In this document: in pieces, positions 25,089 to 36,749 of the stretch
Numbering within the stretch: the first letter of the stretch is position 1
Layout of the letters: every line of letters starts with the position of its first letter
Source of the DNA: Amphiscolops sp. MND2022
Lineage: Eukaryota
Assembly: GCA_964187785.1 (NCBI GenBank)
Contig: OZ076414.1
Location: 47,926,001-47,990,000, forward strand
Length of the DNA: 64,000 nucleotides
Reading direction: 5' to 3'
Made by a program: the position numbers and the translations under genes
The notes under the pieces: generated by a model
The model's database searches: none
What the model was told of the DNA's origin: nothing
What the model saw: the letters and a program-made list of their open reading frames with translations, nothing else

Positions 25089-26363
25089 ATGCAGACAAAA
25101 CGAACTCTTGCCGTACATGGCCTTAGGTCTCACACATCGCCTCTTGAAATTCTTAAGTGGGAATCAAGAGTTAATAAACACTCAATGTTGTCTTTGATGG
25201 TTTCTTGCCAGTGTAGACAAACCACTGAAGTGATGATGTAAACAAAGCGGATTATTGGATTCATCGAAAGGTGTTTGGAAGAATTTATCATTGTAAAGAA
25301 ATGCGGCGAATTACAAAACCCCGGGAAAGTAATCACGAGTCTTGAAGAAAACTTTAAGCGGATTCGGAAAGAAGAAATTGTCATTTAGTCTCTTGGAGCC
25401 TACAAATTCAGTCGACTCATAAAGCTTAGAAGTTTGAAAACTTACAAAATTGCGAAAAAACTGATAAAAACCAGCTACATGGCACAACGATTCCCACAAG
25501 ACTTTCAACGCGCTGCGTCCCAAAGAACAGAAACTGTATACCTGTCTAGCGATGATGAAAAGGAAATGGACGACGTTAGTATAACGTCCGTATATACCTA
25601 CAATTGTCATCAGAAGATGAAGAATACGACGATGAAATCATGATGATGGCCCAATGTGTTGAAATGGAATTATCAGCACCCATTCCCGTCCCCGGTCCAT
25701 CAACGTCAAATTTTGGGAGTACCAGTGTTCAAAATAGGCCATCCAGATGCGTGACGCCGAAACCAGATTTTGGTCCGCGGCGTTATTTCGATCAATCCTT
25801 CTTTTCTCTGGGGAAAGGAAATAACCGATACGGAAGTGACCGTATACGAAATAATCACCCAATCAGTTTGTGTAGCGAACTTTTTCCTATGATAGACACT
25901 CCTATCTCGCCGCCACCCGAAGATAAAGGACCATCCTATGATTCTTCCCCAAATTACACCGTATATGCGGAGCTGCAGCAGTCTTTGGATACAATTACAA
26001 ACTACTTCCAAGGGTTGGAAATTAATGGAAACGGCCCGCTTGCGAACTGCTCGGACTGCGTGATTTGTGGGAAATCAACAATGCAACTTCAGCGTGAAGC
26101 AGTATCCGATTATTTAGTCAAAACATCTATTCCAGGAGAAATGTCCTTGCAGGTCGAGGCGTGCAAAAGAGCCTTTATAGAGGGAATGCAAGTTAGAACA
26201 CTTTTACTACTACCTGATGGCTGGCGCCTGTGATGGCAACCTTTACACTATCGACCAAAATGTACCTATGGCTCTACTCGGCACTTTGCCAAAATTATCG
26301 CAATTGTTAACAAACTCGAAAACATTTTTTGTATATTTGCTATTGTCAACATATGTAAATTAG
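25089..26363 (+). pseudogene. E1 sense accessory ORF straddling the 3' LTR start
   Basis: MQTKRTLAVHGLRSHTSPLE..., acidic LSSDDEKE / SSEDEEYDDE, NCSDCVICGKS, then after a frameshift CDGNLYTIDQNVPMALLGTLP, which is also at the start of the 5' LTR (894 onward). Confidence 0.6.
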
Positions 26364-27840
26364 TTTTACGTTTTATGTATTTAGTGCAGTTAATATTTGA
26401 CAGGTAGCTACAAAAAACGAGTTCGAATATTTGCCTGTCCAGTATAGCTAGCATAGCCGCGTACGGCGTATTAGCCAATCATAGCCGTGCTAGACTAATT
26501 TATAGCAGCTACAATAAGTATATTGCTAATCGGAACTGACCAATAAGGCTACTTGGCCTAAGCGGTCTTATTGCGTTTTGTTATTGTAGTGTGAAACTAC
26601 TGATTTGTTACAATAACACAAAAGGGGCCTTGAAGCCTAATTAGTCTTGTTTGTTAAAATATTGCTAACGATGCTATTATATGAAATACAGCCTGGAACG
26701 GCTGATCAACCAAAAAAGCATTTTTATTCTTTGAAACTCTGATGTAATATTCGTGATACACATAATTATAATTTAGTGAAATACATATTGTGGGTTGTGA
26801 TAAATCAATTTCATGAAATACAAACATGTAGTGTTGCCCTATCCTTCCTATGTGGAAGTGAAATCAAACATCCCTGGCGGCCATTAGCCGCATAAGGCCA
26901 ACATGAATTTTTTATGCATTTAAAAATGTTTTATACTTGAAACTACGCCTGTAAACAATTTGACCTATACGTCTCGCGGCCTTGCTGAGCACTTTAATCA
27001 AACCGCTTCCACAAGCCCCCGGTGACGTAATGTTGCTATTTATAGTGACGATGAATGCTATTTTTAACCTGTAAGATATTTATAGTAACATGACCACTAT
27101 TTTACCGCGTGTCATGCCCTCTTGGGTATATATACCCAAGCCGGGCTTTTGAACGACACAATTTTTACTTGAAACGCAGTTATTCAGTTGCTCTGTAGTT
27201 ATACTCCTATTTTGTAAAACTCTCCTACTCTACTCGATTACACGAACAGTTCTAATTTTTCCTCCTGTAGAAACACTTTTATGCCTTTCACTAGAAAACA
27301 GAAAGCAAAGGGCAGAAAGCCAAGAGAACTAGATGTTGTGCAACTACAGCGACTTGGATGTGATGTTAGGAGATGGATATTCAAAATCTGTAGAATGAGA
27401 ATTAGATAGTCTTATTAATGTCCCGGAAAGAAAACAAGACTTTCAGTCTTTTCCCATCAGAGAAAATTCGTCTCAAGATAATGAAACCAGATACATTAGC
27501 AACAGGAATGAACCTGTTAGGGAAGAGAGACTGATAGAGTCAATTAATATGCTATCGGGTGAAATGAATGCTAGGAAGTCTCGGTAAATGGAGACTATGA
27601 TGGACTTCATGCAAACTCAGATTAGCATGGCCATTAGTTGCGCCATAAGCGAGAGAATAATACCTGAAATACAAAACATTGTGGAAAATTCGCCTTTGAA
27701 CCGTCATGACGTTGAGCCTTGTACGTCCTAGAATGAGGATGAGTTTGTTAATAATTGGAAGAACAAAAATACAAAATTTACAAAGAAGGAGTCAATGTCT
27801 ACTTGCGATCTTAAGCAAGACACGGACTTTACTCCTTACA
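26219..27840 (+). repeat. E1 3' LTR, about 1.6 kb
   Basis: Homologous to 884-1948; first bases degenerate; ends ACTCCTTACA followed by the GTATT duplication. Confidence 0.8.
27281..27840 (+). pseudogene. Gag-leader remnant in the E1 3' LTR (about 186 codons)
   Basis: MPFTRKQKAKGRKPRE ... LIESINMLSGEMNAR ... ISERIIPEIQNIVE ... DTDFTPY plus terminal A; stops and frameshifts. Confidence 0.6.
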
Positions 27841-28179
27841 GTATTCGACCACGTTTTTTGATTCCTCATTATTCGGCTACTTAAACATCTCATTTTTCAC
27901 CTTCCGCTTAGTCCTGATTAGTTTGAATGTAGTGAAAGTTAGAAACAGTTCTACAATTGAATCTTGACGAATTTGTCTGACCAAATCCTGTAGGAAACAT
28001 TCGAAGAAAAGTTTTAGTTCTGCTAATACATTGACCACGGAATCCACGTTCATTCTGAAAATAGTATTGCCCTCAGTTTTCTCTTCTGTGCGCTTTCAGT
28101 TTTGTGCATATTGGTTTTTGCTGCACTATCATAAACCAGCAAAAACATATTAATACACATGTTGTTATATATATATATA

Positions 28180-31100
28180 TACGAAAAAAACAATAAAATT
28201 ACTGACGGGTCACCAAGCACTAAAGCCACCATTAAACGCAATAGATCATACAAAACTTACAGCGCACTGCTAACAAGTTGGCTTGACCGATTAGCACACT
28301 TTTCAAGTAACGTAAGCCATTTTGCAGGTAAACAGTTAGCAACAACGGTATACCTCAGTAGAATTCCGTCCGCGCCTTCGCAAGCGGACGATGGGTACAA
28401 CGAAGAAAACGTCGTGAACAACATCATACCACACTTCAAATTCGTATCCAAATACGGTTGCCTTAGCAACCATTTCAATCAATCATACGACAGCTCAATG
28501 GACTCAAAACCACACAACGAAGTAAAAAGTAAACCAACGCAATCTTAAACGCGTGAACAAAAAATCATTGATTGCCTTATTACAATACGCTGCACAAAAG
28601 CAAACAGCAAAATCTACATGGACGCTAAAACCGTCAACAAACTTGAATTAGCTGATCCCTCCGCTGAAACCAGACATCTGATCGAAATGTGGCGGGGTAT
28701 TGTAAAGCCTGGTATTTACCGCCAAGCCGGGGGCAGATGGAAAGAATACCACGGGCCCAAACTCCTGCGAAACGAAAAGAAAATGATAGAAGAGCAACTG
28801 CAACAAGCCATAAGGAACAAAACAGACTGAAACAACTGCCATCGAACAGAAGGTTATCAACCAAAAGTGAAAAGAGACGAGCCATGGACGGTAGATCCAT
28901 TGTGCATTGTGGAAAGTGGACCGCCCACAAAGACCAGACACTGAAGAAATGGCTGACGAACAACCCGGTACTTCAGCACCAAGAGGGGAACAGCCAAACA
29001 ACGAATACTCACCGATGGAAGAAGGAGAGGTCGAGTCAGACACCGACCAGGACCCATCAGTACTAGAGGTACCAGCTAAAAACTGGGCAAAAAACGTGGG
29101 CGTCAAAAGCGTCCAAAACATCAAGATGGGCCACGCACCCAGGGTAAACGCTGAAGAGCCTAACGACTGGGGCCTCGGTAACGCCGTTAGAGAAACAGAG
29201 AAGACTTTCTCTACGGACTTACTACTCTTGATGACCGAGACGATAAATGATCCACTTCTCCTCACAAAACACTGGTTTGTCACGAACGGCAAAGGGTCAT
29301 TGTCCCCAAAAATTCACGAACAACTGTGGTCACCTTACTACGCAAGAACCATCCCGCCATCAACAAGATGTATATGGCGGCAAAATAATTCTGGTGGCCA
29401 AAGATCACCGAAGCATTACAGAAAAAAATGCGACGGCTGCATTCCATGCAAATTGTGTGGTAAGAGCGTTGAACCTAATTTAGTACGAAAAAAAGTCAAG
29501 TATCGGAACTAGTAGCGGAACTTTATAAACCAAACGAAGAAATCCAATTGGATTTTATCGGTCCAACCGCCGAAAAGAATCAAAGGCTTTACAATTCACA
29601 CTTTATGGACCGGTACAATAAAGGGCTTCAGCAAGTCTCTGTAAAACTACAGACAGCCAGATAGCGGTCTGATTTTCAGAACAATACCAAAATCTAAACA
29701 GCGTTTAGAAAACAATCAGGACAGACAAAGCTGCCGCATTTACCGTTGAAACATTTAGAGATTTCTGTAAAAGTCGCCATATTGAACTCATTTACGGAAC
29801 TCCGCACACGATTGGTTGAACGCGGAGTGCAATTCTTAAAAGAAGCGCTACTGACAAATATAAAAGCAGGCGAAAAAATTAGTAAAGCCTTAGACATAGC
29901 GCTTGATGTACTGAGAAAAACACCACATACAAGATTTAAAAATCTGTATTCGATATGCAATATGGCCCCGAACCAAATTATGAACTTAGCAACATGCCTA
30001 ATTTTGATGGGCTGGAAGACATAAAAAACTTTGTATTTCAGCAAAGTCCGACACCCTCAGGTATACTCATTCAAATTCAACGCCGCTGGCGGTGTCTCTG
30101 ACTAGCTACCGACAAAGCAGAAGAAAGGATCAACGGGAGTTAGTAATTATCCATTTCCGTTTTTAGGAAAGAAATTTAACAAGTCAACGTTCGAGAGTGC
30201 TAATTCCGATAAACCACAAATAGTGGCTCAAATTCGGCACTAAACCTAAGATTACAACGTCTGAAAACAAAGTCCTGCTTAAAAAACATATAAGCAAACC
30301 TGTCACTGGTAATATATAGGAGCCGAACAACAGAGCAACAGAACCCCGTGGAGTAGACGGCAGGTTCATCAAATCCCCAAAATTGCACAATAACCTACTG
30401 TCAGACAGCAACTCTGGAGAGCAAACCCCCACCAAACAGCAGCCGGACATCCCAAAATTCAATCCCGGTACACCATCGACATCAAACCATTCATCAGGCG
30501 GTACGAAGAAGAACAGATCGATCGGGAGAGGACGACCACGACTGGTGCGCAATCGACAAAACTCTGGTTCACCAACGGGCTCACCAAGTCAACCGAACCA
30601 AACACAAGATAGTGTGGGCCCACAAACAATCAATACGGAAATTATGTCGGACACTTACATAAACCGTGAACTCGAAGACGCCAGAAAGGCAAATAAAGTG
30701 CTACACATGAAAGACACAAACGGTAAGGTGAATAAACATTCAACAAAATTCCCCAAGCGGGAGGAAGACGACATGGTAGAAAACAATTCAGAAACAGACT
30801 CATCTGAACTAGAACTACCTAGTAACTTTTGTTCAAGCACGGAGTTCGAACAAAGTATGAAAGAAGCTAACTTGCGTAGATCAAAACTCTTAACAAAAAC
30901 CAATCTCATAGTTAGACTATGAATAATCGGGTACCATCTGATTACTGGAAATGCCGTCCAAAGGCTGAACGACCGGCGATCAAGCACAAACCTCGCGAAC
31001 AACCGAGACTCAGACGGAAGCCTGAGCCATTAGACAACATCCATGATGTACATACCGTCTCGGAAGAACAAATGGACCGGACGAAAAATGAAGACCTTTT

Positions 31101-31203
31101 GCGGACCACCGCAAGTACGCGTAACCAGCTATGGACGGACCACCACCTTGAAGAAAACTCATCTCCCCCCATTGGCCAGCTTTCGTCCAATCGCGGAGGG
31201 TAA
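28180..31203 (+). mobile_element. pol: 5'-truncated Gypsy element C (RNase H end, integrase, tail), distant relative of family B
   Basis: YSALLTSWLDRLAHF vs YSARLTRWLDRLNHF; DPSAETRHLIE...KPG vs DNSPETQELVE...RPG; VERGVQFLKEAL. Begins at a (TA)n tract; GCGGAGGG before the LTR-like unit resembles the family B purine tract. Confidence 0.8.
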
Positions 31204-33329
31204 TGAAGCATTCCTAGAGGATGAATTCTAAACTTTACATTATGTTTGTATTTACATATTAGTCTGTATTAGTTATTTAGTCTGTCTGAAGTACCTGCTA
31301 CTATTATTTGTCTAGCATAAAGTAATCTGCACTCGGTAAGCTAGATTTGAATCAGAGAGAACAGTTTTATGATAAAGAATTTCTTTGTAACAATAAAGGT
31401 TACAACACACTGATATCCAATCATCTTTGTGTTGACTAACTAACGGCTGAGTTCAAAGATCGGCATTTTACTGTCGGCCCTTTTTGGTTAGAAAACGTTA
31501 AAAAACGTTCCTTTTTGGTTCGCTTTTGTCTTCTTCCTGAATGAATTGCATTCCTAGAGTGAAGCATTCCTAGAGGATGAATTCTAAACTTTACATTATG
31601 TTTGTATTTACATATTAGTCTGTATTAGTTATTTAGTCTGTCTGAAGTACCTGTTACTATTATTTGTCTAGCATAAAGTAATCTGCACTCGGTAAGCTAG
31701 ATTTGAATCAGAGAAAACAGTTTTATGATAAAGAATTTCTTTGTAACAATAAAGGTGACAACACACTGATATCCAATCATCTTCGTGTTGACTAACTAAC
31801 GGCTGAGTTCAAAGATCGGCATTTTACTGTCGGCCCTTTTTGGTTAGAAAACGTTTAAAAACGTTCCTTTTTGGTTCGCTTTTGTCTTCTTCCTGAATGA
31901 ATTGCATTCCTAGAGTGAAGCATTCCTAGAGGATGAATTCTAAACTTTACATTATGTTTGTATTTACATATTAGTCTGTATTAGTTATTTAGTCTGTCTG
32001 AAGTACCTGCTACTATTATTTGTCTAGCATAAAGTAATCTGCACTCGGTAAGCTAGATTTGAATCAGAGAAAACAGTTTTATGATAAAGAATTTCTTTGT
32101 AACAATAAAGGTTACAACACACTGATATCCAATCATCTTCGTGTTGACTAACTAACGGCTGAGTTCAAAGATCGGCATTTTACTGTCGGCCCTTTTTGGT
32201 TAGAAAACGTTAAAAAACGTTCCTTTTTGGTTCGCTTTTGTCTTCTTCCTGAATGAATTGCATTCCTAGAGTGAAGCATTCCTAGAGGATGAATTCTAAA
32301 CTTTACATTATGTTTGTATTTACATATTAGTCTGAATTAGTTATTTAGTCTGTCTGAAGTACCTGCTACTATTATTTGTCTAGCATAAAGTAATCTGCAC
32401 TCGGTAAGCTAGATTTGAATCAGAGAAAACAGTTTTATGATAAAGAATTTCTTTGTAACAATAAAGGTTACAACACACTGATATCCAATCATCTTCGTGT
32501 TGACTAACTAACGGCTGAGTTCAAAGATCGGCGTTTTACTGTCGGCCCTTTTTGGTTAGAAAACGTTGAAAAACGTTCCTTTTTGGTTCGCTTTTGTCTT
32601 CTTCCTGAATGAATTGCATTCCTAGAGTGAAGCATTCCTAGAGGATGAATTCTAAACTTTACATTATGTTTGTATTTACATATTAGTCTGTATTAGTTAT
32701 TTAGTCTGTCTGAAGTACCTGCTACTATTATTTGTCTAGCATAAAGTAATCTGCACTCGGTAAGCTAGATTTGAATCAGAGAAAACAGTTTTATGATAAA
32801 GAATTTCTTTGTAACAATAAAGGTTACAACACACTGATATCCAATCATCTTCGTGTTGACTAACTAACGGCTAAGTTCAAAGATCGGCATTTTACTGTCG
32901 GCCCTTTTTGGTTAGAAAACGTTAAAAAACGTTCCTTTTTGGTTCGCTTTTGTCTTCTTCCTGAATGAATTGCATTCCTAGAGTGAAGCATTCCTAGAGG
33001 ATGAATTCTAAACTTTACATTATGTTTGTATTTACATATTAGTCTGTATTAGTTATTTAGTCTGTCTGAAGTACCTGCTACTGTTATTTGTCTAGCATAA
33101 AGTAATCTGCACTCGGTAAGCTAGATTTGAATCAGAGAAAACAGTTTTATGATAAAGAATTTCTTTGTAACAATAAAGGTTACAACACACTGATATCCAA
33201 TCATCTTCGTGTTGACTAACTAACGGCTGAGTTCAAAGATCGGCATTTTACTGTCGGCCCTTTTTGGTTAGAAAACGTTAAAAAACGTTCCTTTTTGGTT
33301 CGCTTTTGTCTTCTTCTTGAATGAATTGC
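31204..33329 (+). repeat. 356-bp tandem array, about 6 copies
   Basis: Units start at 31204, 31560, 31916, 32272, 32628, 32984; 1-3 private substitutions per unit; last unit stops at GAATTGC. Confidence 0.97.
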
Positions 33330-35143
33330 TGGTCGAATGTTTCTATATGAGCCCCGTTTTTCAATCAAATGTGAAATGTGAAACTTTTCATCGAATTAGC
33401 TGAACTTTGAATTGCATCACTTCTTGGGCAATGCGTTTGATTTTTCTTCAGGTTCTAGATTTCCACAGGTTTCTGATTGACAAATTTGGCCCATCGCATG
33501 GGATTACTCTTCAATTGCTACCATGAAATCATTCATGATTTCAGGAAAATGTCAATTGGCTGAGAGAAACTTCACAGAGCTCATCATTTTCTTATCAACT
33601 CAAAAATCCAGTCATGCCCAAAAGTTCTTGAAGATGAGTTTCATTGAATCTACGATGCCATCACTAAATAGTTTTCCATTGAACTTTTATACAACATTAC
33701 AACATCAAAGGGTCGATCTTGTGGTATTCACAGAGAAGAAGGGAAACTTCAGAGAGATCATCGTCTTTTTATTATCTCAAAAAACCAGTCATGTTTAAAA
33801 TTTTTTGAAGATAAACATCAATGAATCTACAATGCCTTCACTGATTAGCTTTCCCTTGATTTTTTTATACAACATCAAGGGATTGATTTTTTGGTCATCA
33901 ACAAACGTGTTCAGTCAAGTAAAACAAGACGAGAACGGTCTCAATTGATGAAGGCTCAGAAAAGAAAAAGTTGATACTTTTGAGAACTTTTTGTATCACA
34001 CAAACACATAGAAAAATACTCAAAATCAAATGAAAACGCAAATGCCGTACATGGTAGCGCTTTGAAAATGTATATGGAAACACGATATCCTATCGTTTCA
34101 TAATTGAACAGAACACTAAGTTATTCAGGCAGGCTTCTGGATGTGTGCTTTTGCAAAATTTACCGAATTTTGAGAAATTTGTCGATACATGCATCGTTAT
34201 GGACGCTGTTTGGTTACACTTTCCACTGAAACCACTATCGCAGTCGACTGAATTATTTGTTTTTAATGCCCAGAACCTACCAAGAAAACGATCATCCCCA
34301 ATAATTGATGTTTGCTGGGAGTTCCCAATCGGCCGAAAATCCACTTCGCCGGAAAATTTTCACTTAGCCGTTAAAATTTCATTCAACGCGTGATCAAATT
34401 CATTATAAAATTTGATTGGAGAAAGACAAACTCTAAAGGTGTATGCGGGTAATAGTACATGTGAAACGACAGTGTCGATAGAAAATTACGATAACGTTGT
34501 CAGTTATGGTCACACACGTCCAGTGCACTAAAAGCGAGCGACGTGAAAGTGCTAGTCCAGCGGCTGGTTTCAACTAAAGCCGACCTGGAGGGGCGCGGAC
34601 ACCCTCCAAGGAGGAAGGCCGAGACAAACAATCAATATAAAAATTATAACTGATATGATATACCCCCTGAAATTTGTTTTTTTTGGCTGTGTGATTTTTT
34701 TCGACTAAGTGGGTATTCGACTAAGTGGCACCCCACCGCTGGATCAAGGAGCGTCGTCTTTACAAAAAGTTGCAATCAGGCCAAAACTGTTGTTTAAACA
34801 AAGTAAAATTGAACTTAAAGTTAAGCTGAACTTAAAGTTGAACTGGTAAAGTTAAAGCACACTTAAAATCGGCTGTTTGTTCATCAACTGACCGCTGTTT
34901 CGAAAAGTATTTTTCGAGCATGCAGATGTCACTCGATCGGAAAATTTTTCGAGAAAAGTCTCATAGTGTCAAACAACCAAAAAATGTACAACTTTAGGCT
35001 TGAAAAACGTTTTTTTTTGGAAAGTGAATTTAAGGAAAAACAGAAGGGAGCCCTTTGGTGGTTCGCAAAAAAGTTGCACAGTGCCGAGGAAACTAAAAAG
35101 GGGACCCTCTTGACACTTCAAGGTTTGCAAGCGATGACATTTA

Positions 35144-35212
35144 GTCCTCGACTGGCATCGAACCGACGGGCGTCTGCTTTGGAAGCGCGCATCCTAACTA
35201 CTGGTGGCGAGA
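35144..35212 (-). pseudogene. Degenerate tRNA-like sequence (tRNA-derived SINE head or pseudo-tRNA)
   Basis: B-box GGTTCGATGCC and a CTTCCAAAGCAG loop reminiscent of tRNA-Gly(TCC); cloverleaf incomplete. Confidence 0.35.
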
Positions 35213-35686
35213 AGGTACACTCTTGTGAAAATTGGAATATGCGCATAAATTCTGTGGTTTTCCGAAAAAAAGAGAAAAAAATAGTCACGGTAATATTGGG
35301 GAACATTTCTAATAAAATGAGCCTACCTAAAGCGAGTCATTTTTCAGAGATTGCCTCAGCAATTTTCTCATTTTTTGTCGTACGAAGCTAAAAATTGTAA
35401 CAAAGCTTGCTAACTTTTTGTAATTTTTCTGAGTAAGTTATTGCATAAAATGTTAAACAATCGACAAGATCGTAATCCATTGAAATTAAACTGAGACTAT
35501 AATGATATCAAAACAATCTCAACCGCTTTTCTCAATATTGTTCGTTTGGAATAACCTAATTCAGTTTTCAACTTCAATCTCGAGCGTTTATCTAAAAGAC
35601 GAAAAAAAATTATTGAAGCATTCAGCATAATTGACCTGATTACTGGCAAATGATTTTGTAAAAGGCAGTCAACATTACTTGAATAG

Positions 35687-36425
35687 ACGAGGCGGAAATT
35701 TCGTCGCCAGAAATTTCGTCGTATTAGTAAATCCAGAAATTTCCTCGTCAAAAATATCGTCGTCGGAAATTTCGTCTTATTGACTGGAATTACCAGCATT
35801 CACGAAAAGACATCATTAGAGTTATTCAATTATTTAATTATTACAATGAGATATTGGGAACAAGTTTCATTTTGACACCAAAATTGAGTCAAAAAGTAAA
35901 TTGCAATCAATCAACTCATCAAGACGCTCATTGAGCAACAGTATATTTTCGGTTGCTAAATTTAATTTATAGCGGAGAAAATTTGCATTGATATCGTGTC
36001 TTTACTATACAATATAAACTTGTTCCAGGGTTGAGTTTTGTTTTTTTTTGTCACAAAAGTATCAATAAAACCTGGGTAATTTTTGCTTCAAGTGTCGAAA
36101 CAACTTCGTGTTGGGGTTGGTAAAACACAAGGTGTATCTGGGGGAGAAAGAACATGGTCCGAAACTTTTTCTCTCAAACCATAACTAATATATATAGCAA
36201 TAATTGTACAAATAAAGATAATCATTAAGATAATTATCATGACTCGATAATTAATAAGACTTAAAAATAATAGACGATTCCTAATAGATTAGACAAAATG
36301 ATGCGACATTTTATAGAACGTAATTACCGACGACGAACCTTCTGACGACAAAATTTCTGACGACAAAATTTCCGGCGACGAAATTTCTGGCGACGAAGTT
36401 TCCGACAACGAAAATTCTGGTAAGT
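35687..36425. mobile_element. MITE with inverted arrays of 15-bp repeats (truncated second copy 43141-43831)
   Basis: GAAATTTCGTCG arrays on the left, CGACGAAATTTC arrays on the right; TTGAATAG flanks both sides (35679-35686, 36426-36433), a possible 8-bp duplication. Confidence 0.65.
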
Positions 36426-36749
36426 TTGAATAGGAATGCAAACCTAGCAAAAATCTTGTAATTTTTTACGGTTGATGTTTTCCTCAAAAACTTTCGAAAG
36501 CCGAATCATCCCCAGCAATATTTGTTTCAGGACGAAAATGCTATTTTCGCAAGACTTTTCAAGGAAACCCTCTCATCACAGGAATAAGGCATAGCGAAAA
36601 TCTCGCAAAATCTTCGCAATGAAGGCTTTGTGTATAAGAATGTTAATGGCAAATCAAATTTCATTGCAGCCATTGTGAAATTGTTGCTATTTCGTTTTTA
36701 TTTTCCTCCCACATTTTACAAATGGGGAAGGAAAACCATTATCTGTGAT

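Larger units (their letters stand above)
877..27840 (+). mobile_element. Outer Gypsy LTR retrotransposon E1 (internally deleted, interrupted by E2)
   Basis: Starts TGTTGCAGG (877) and ends CCTTACA (27840). GTATT flanks both sides (872-876, 27841-27845). 884-1948 is homologous to 26219-27291. Gypsy integrase lies inside, and the cargo gene is split by E2 and resumes after it. Confidence 0.85.

Noticed and set aside
31204-33329. CRISPR-like or prokaryotic array
   Set aside because: Units are near identical with no unique spacers, no cas genes, and the context is eukaryotic. The same applies to the 15-, 40- and 55-bp arrays.
33567-33880. Imperfect duplication of about 170 bp
   Set aside because: Old, degenerate, with no termini or coding signal.
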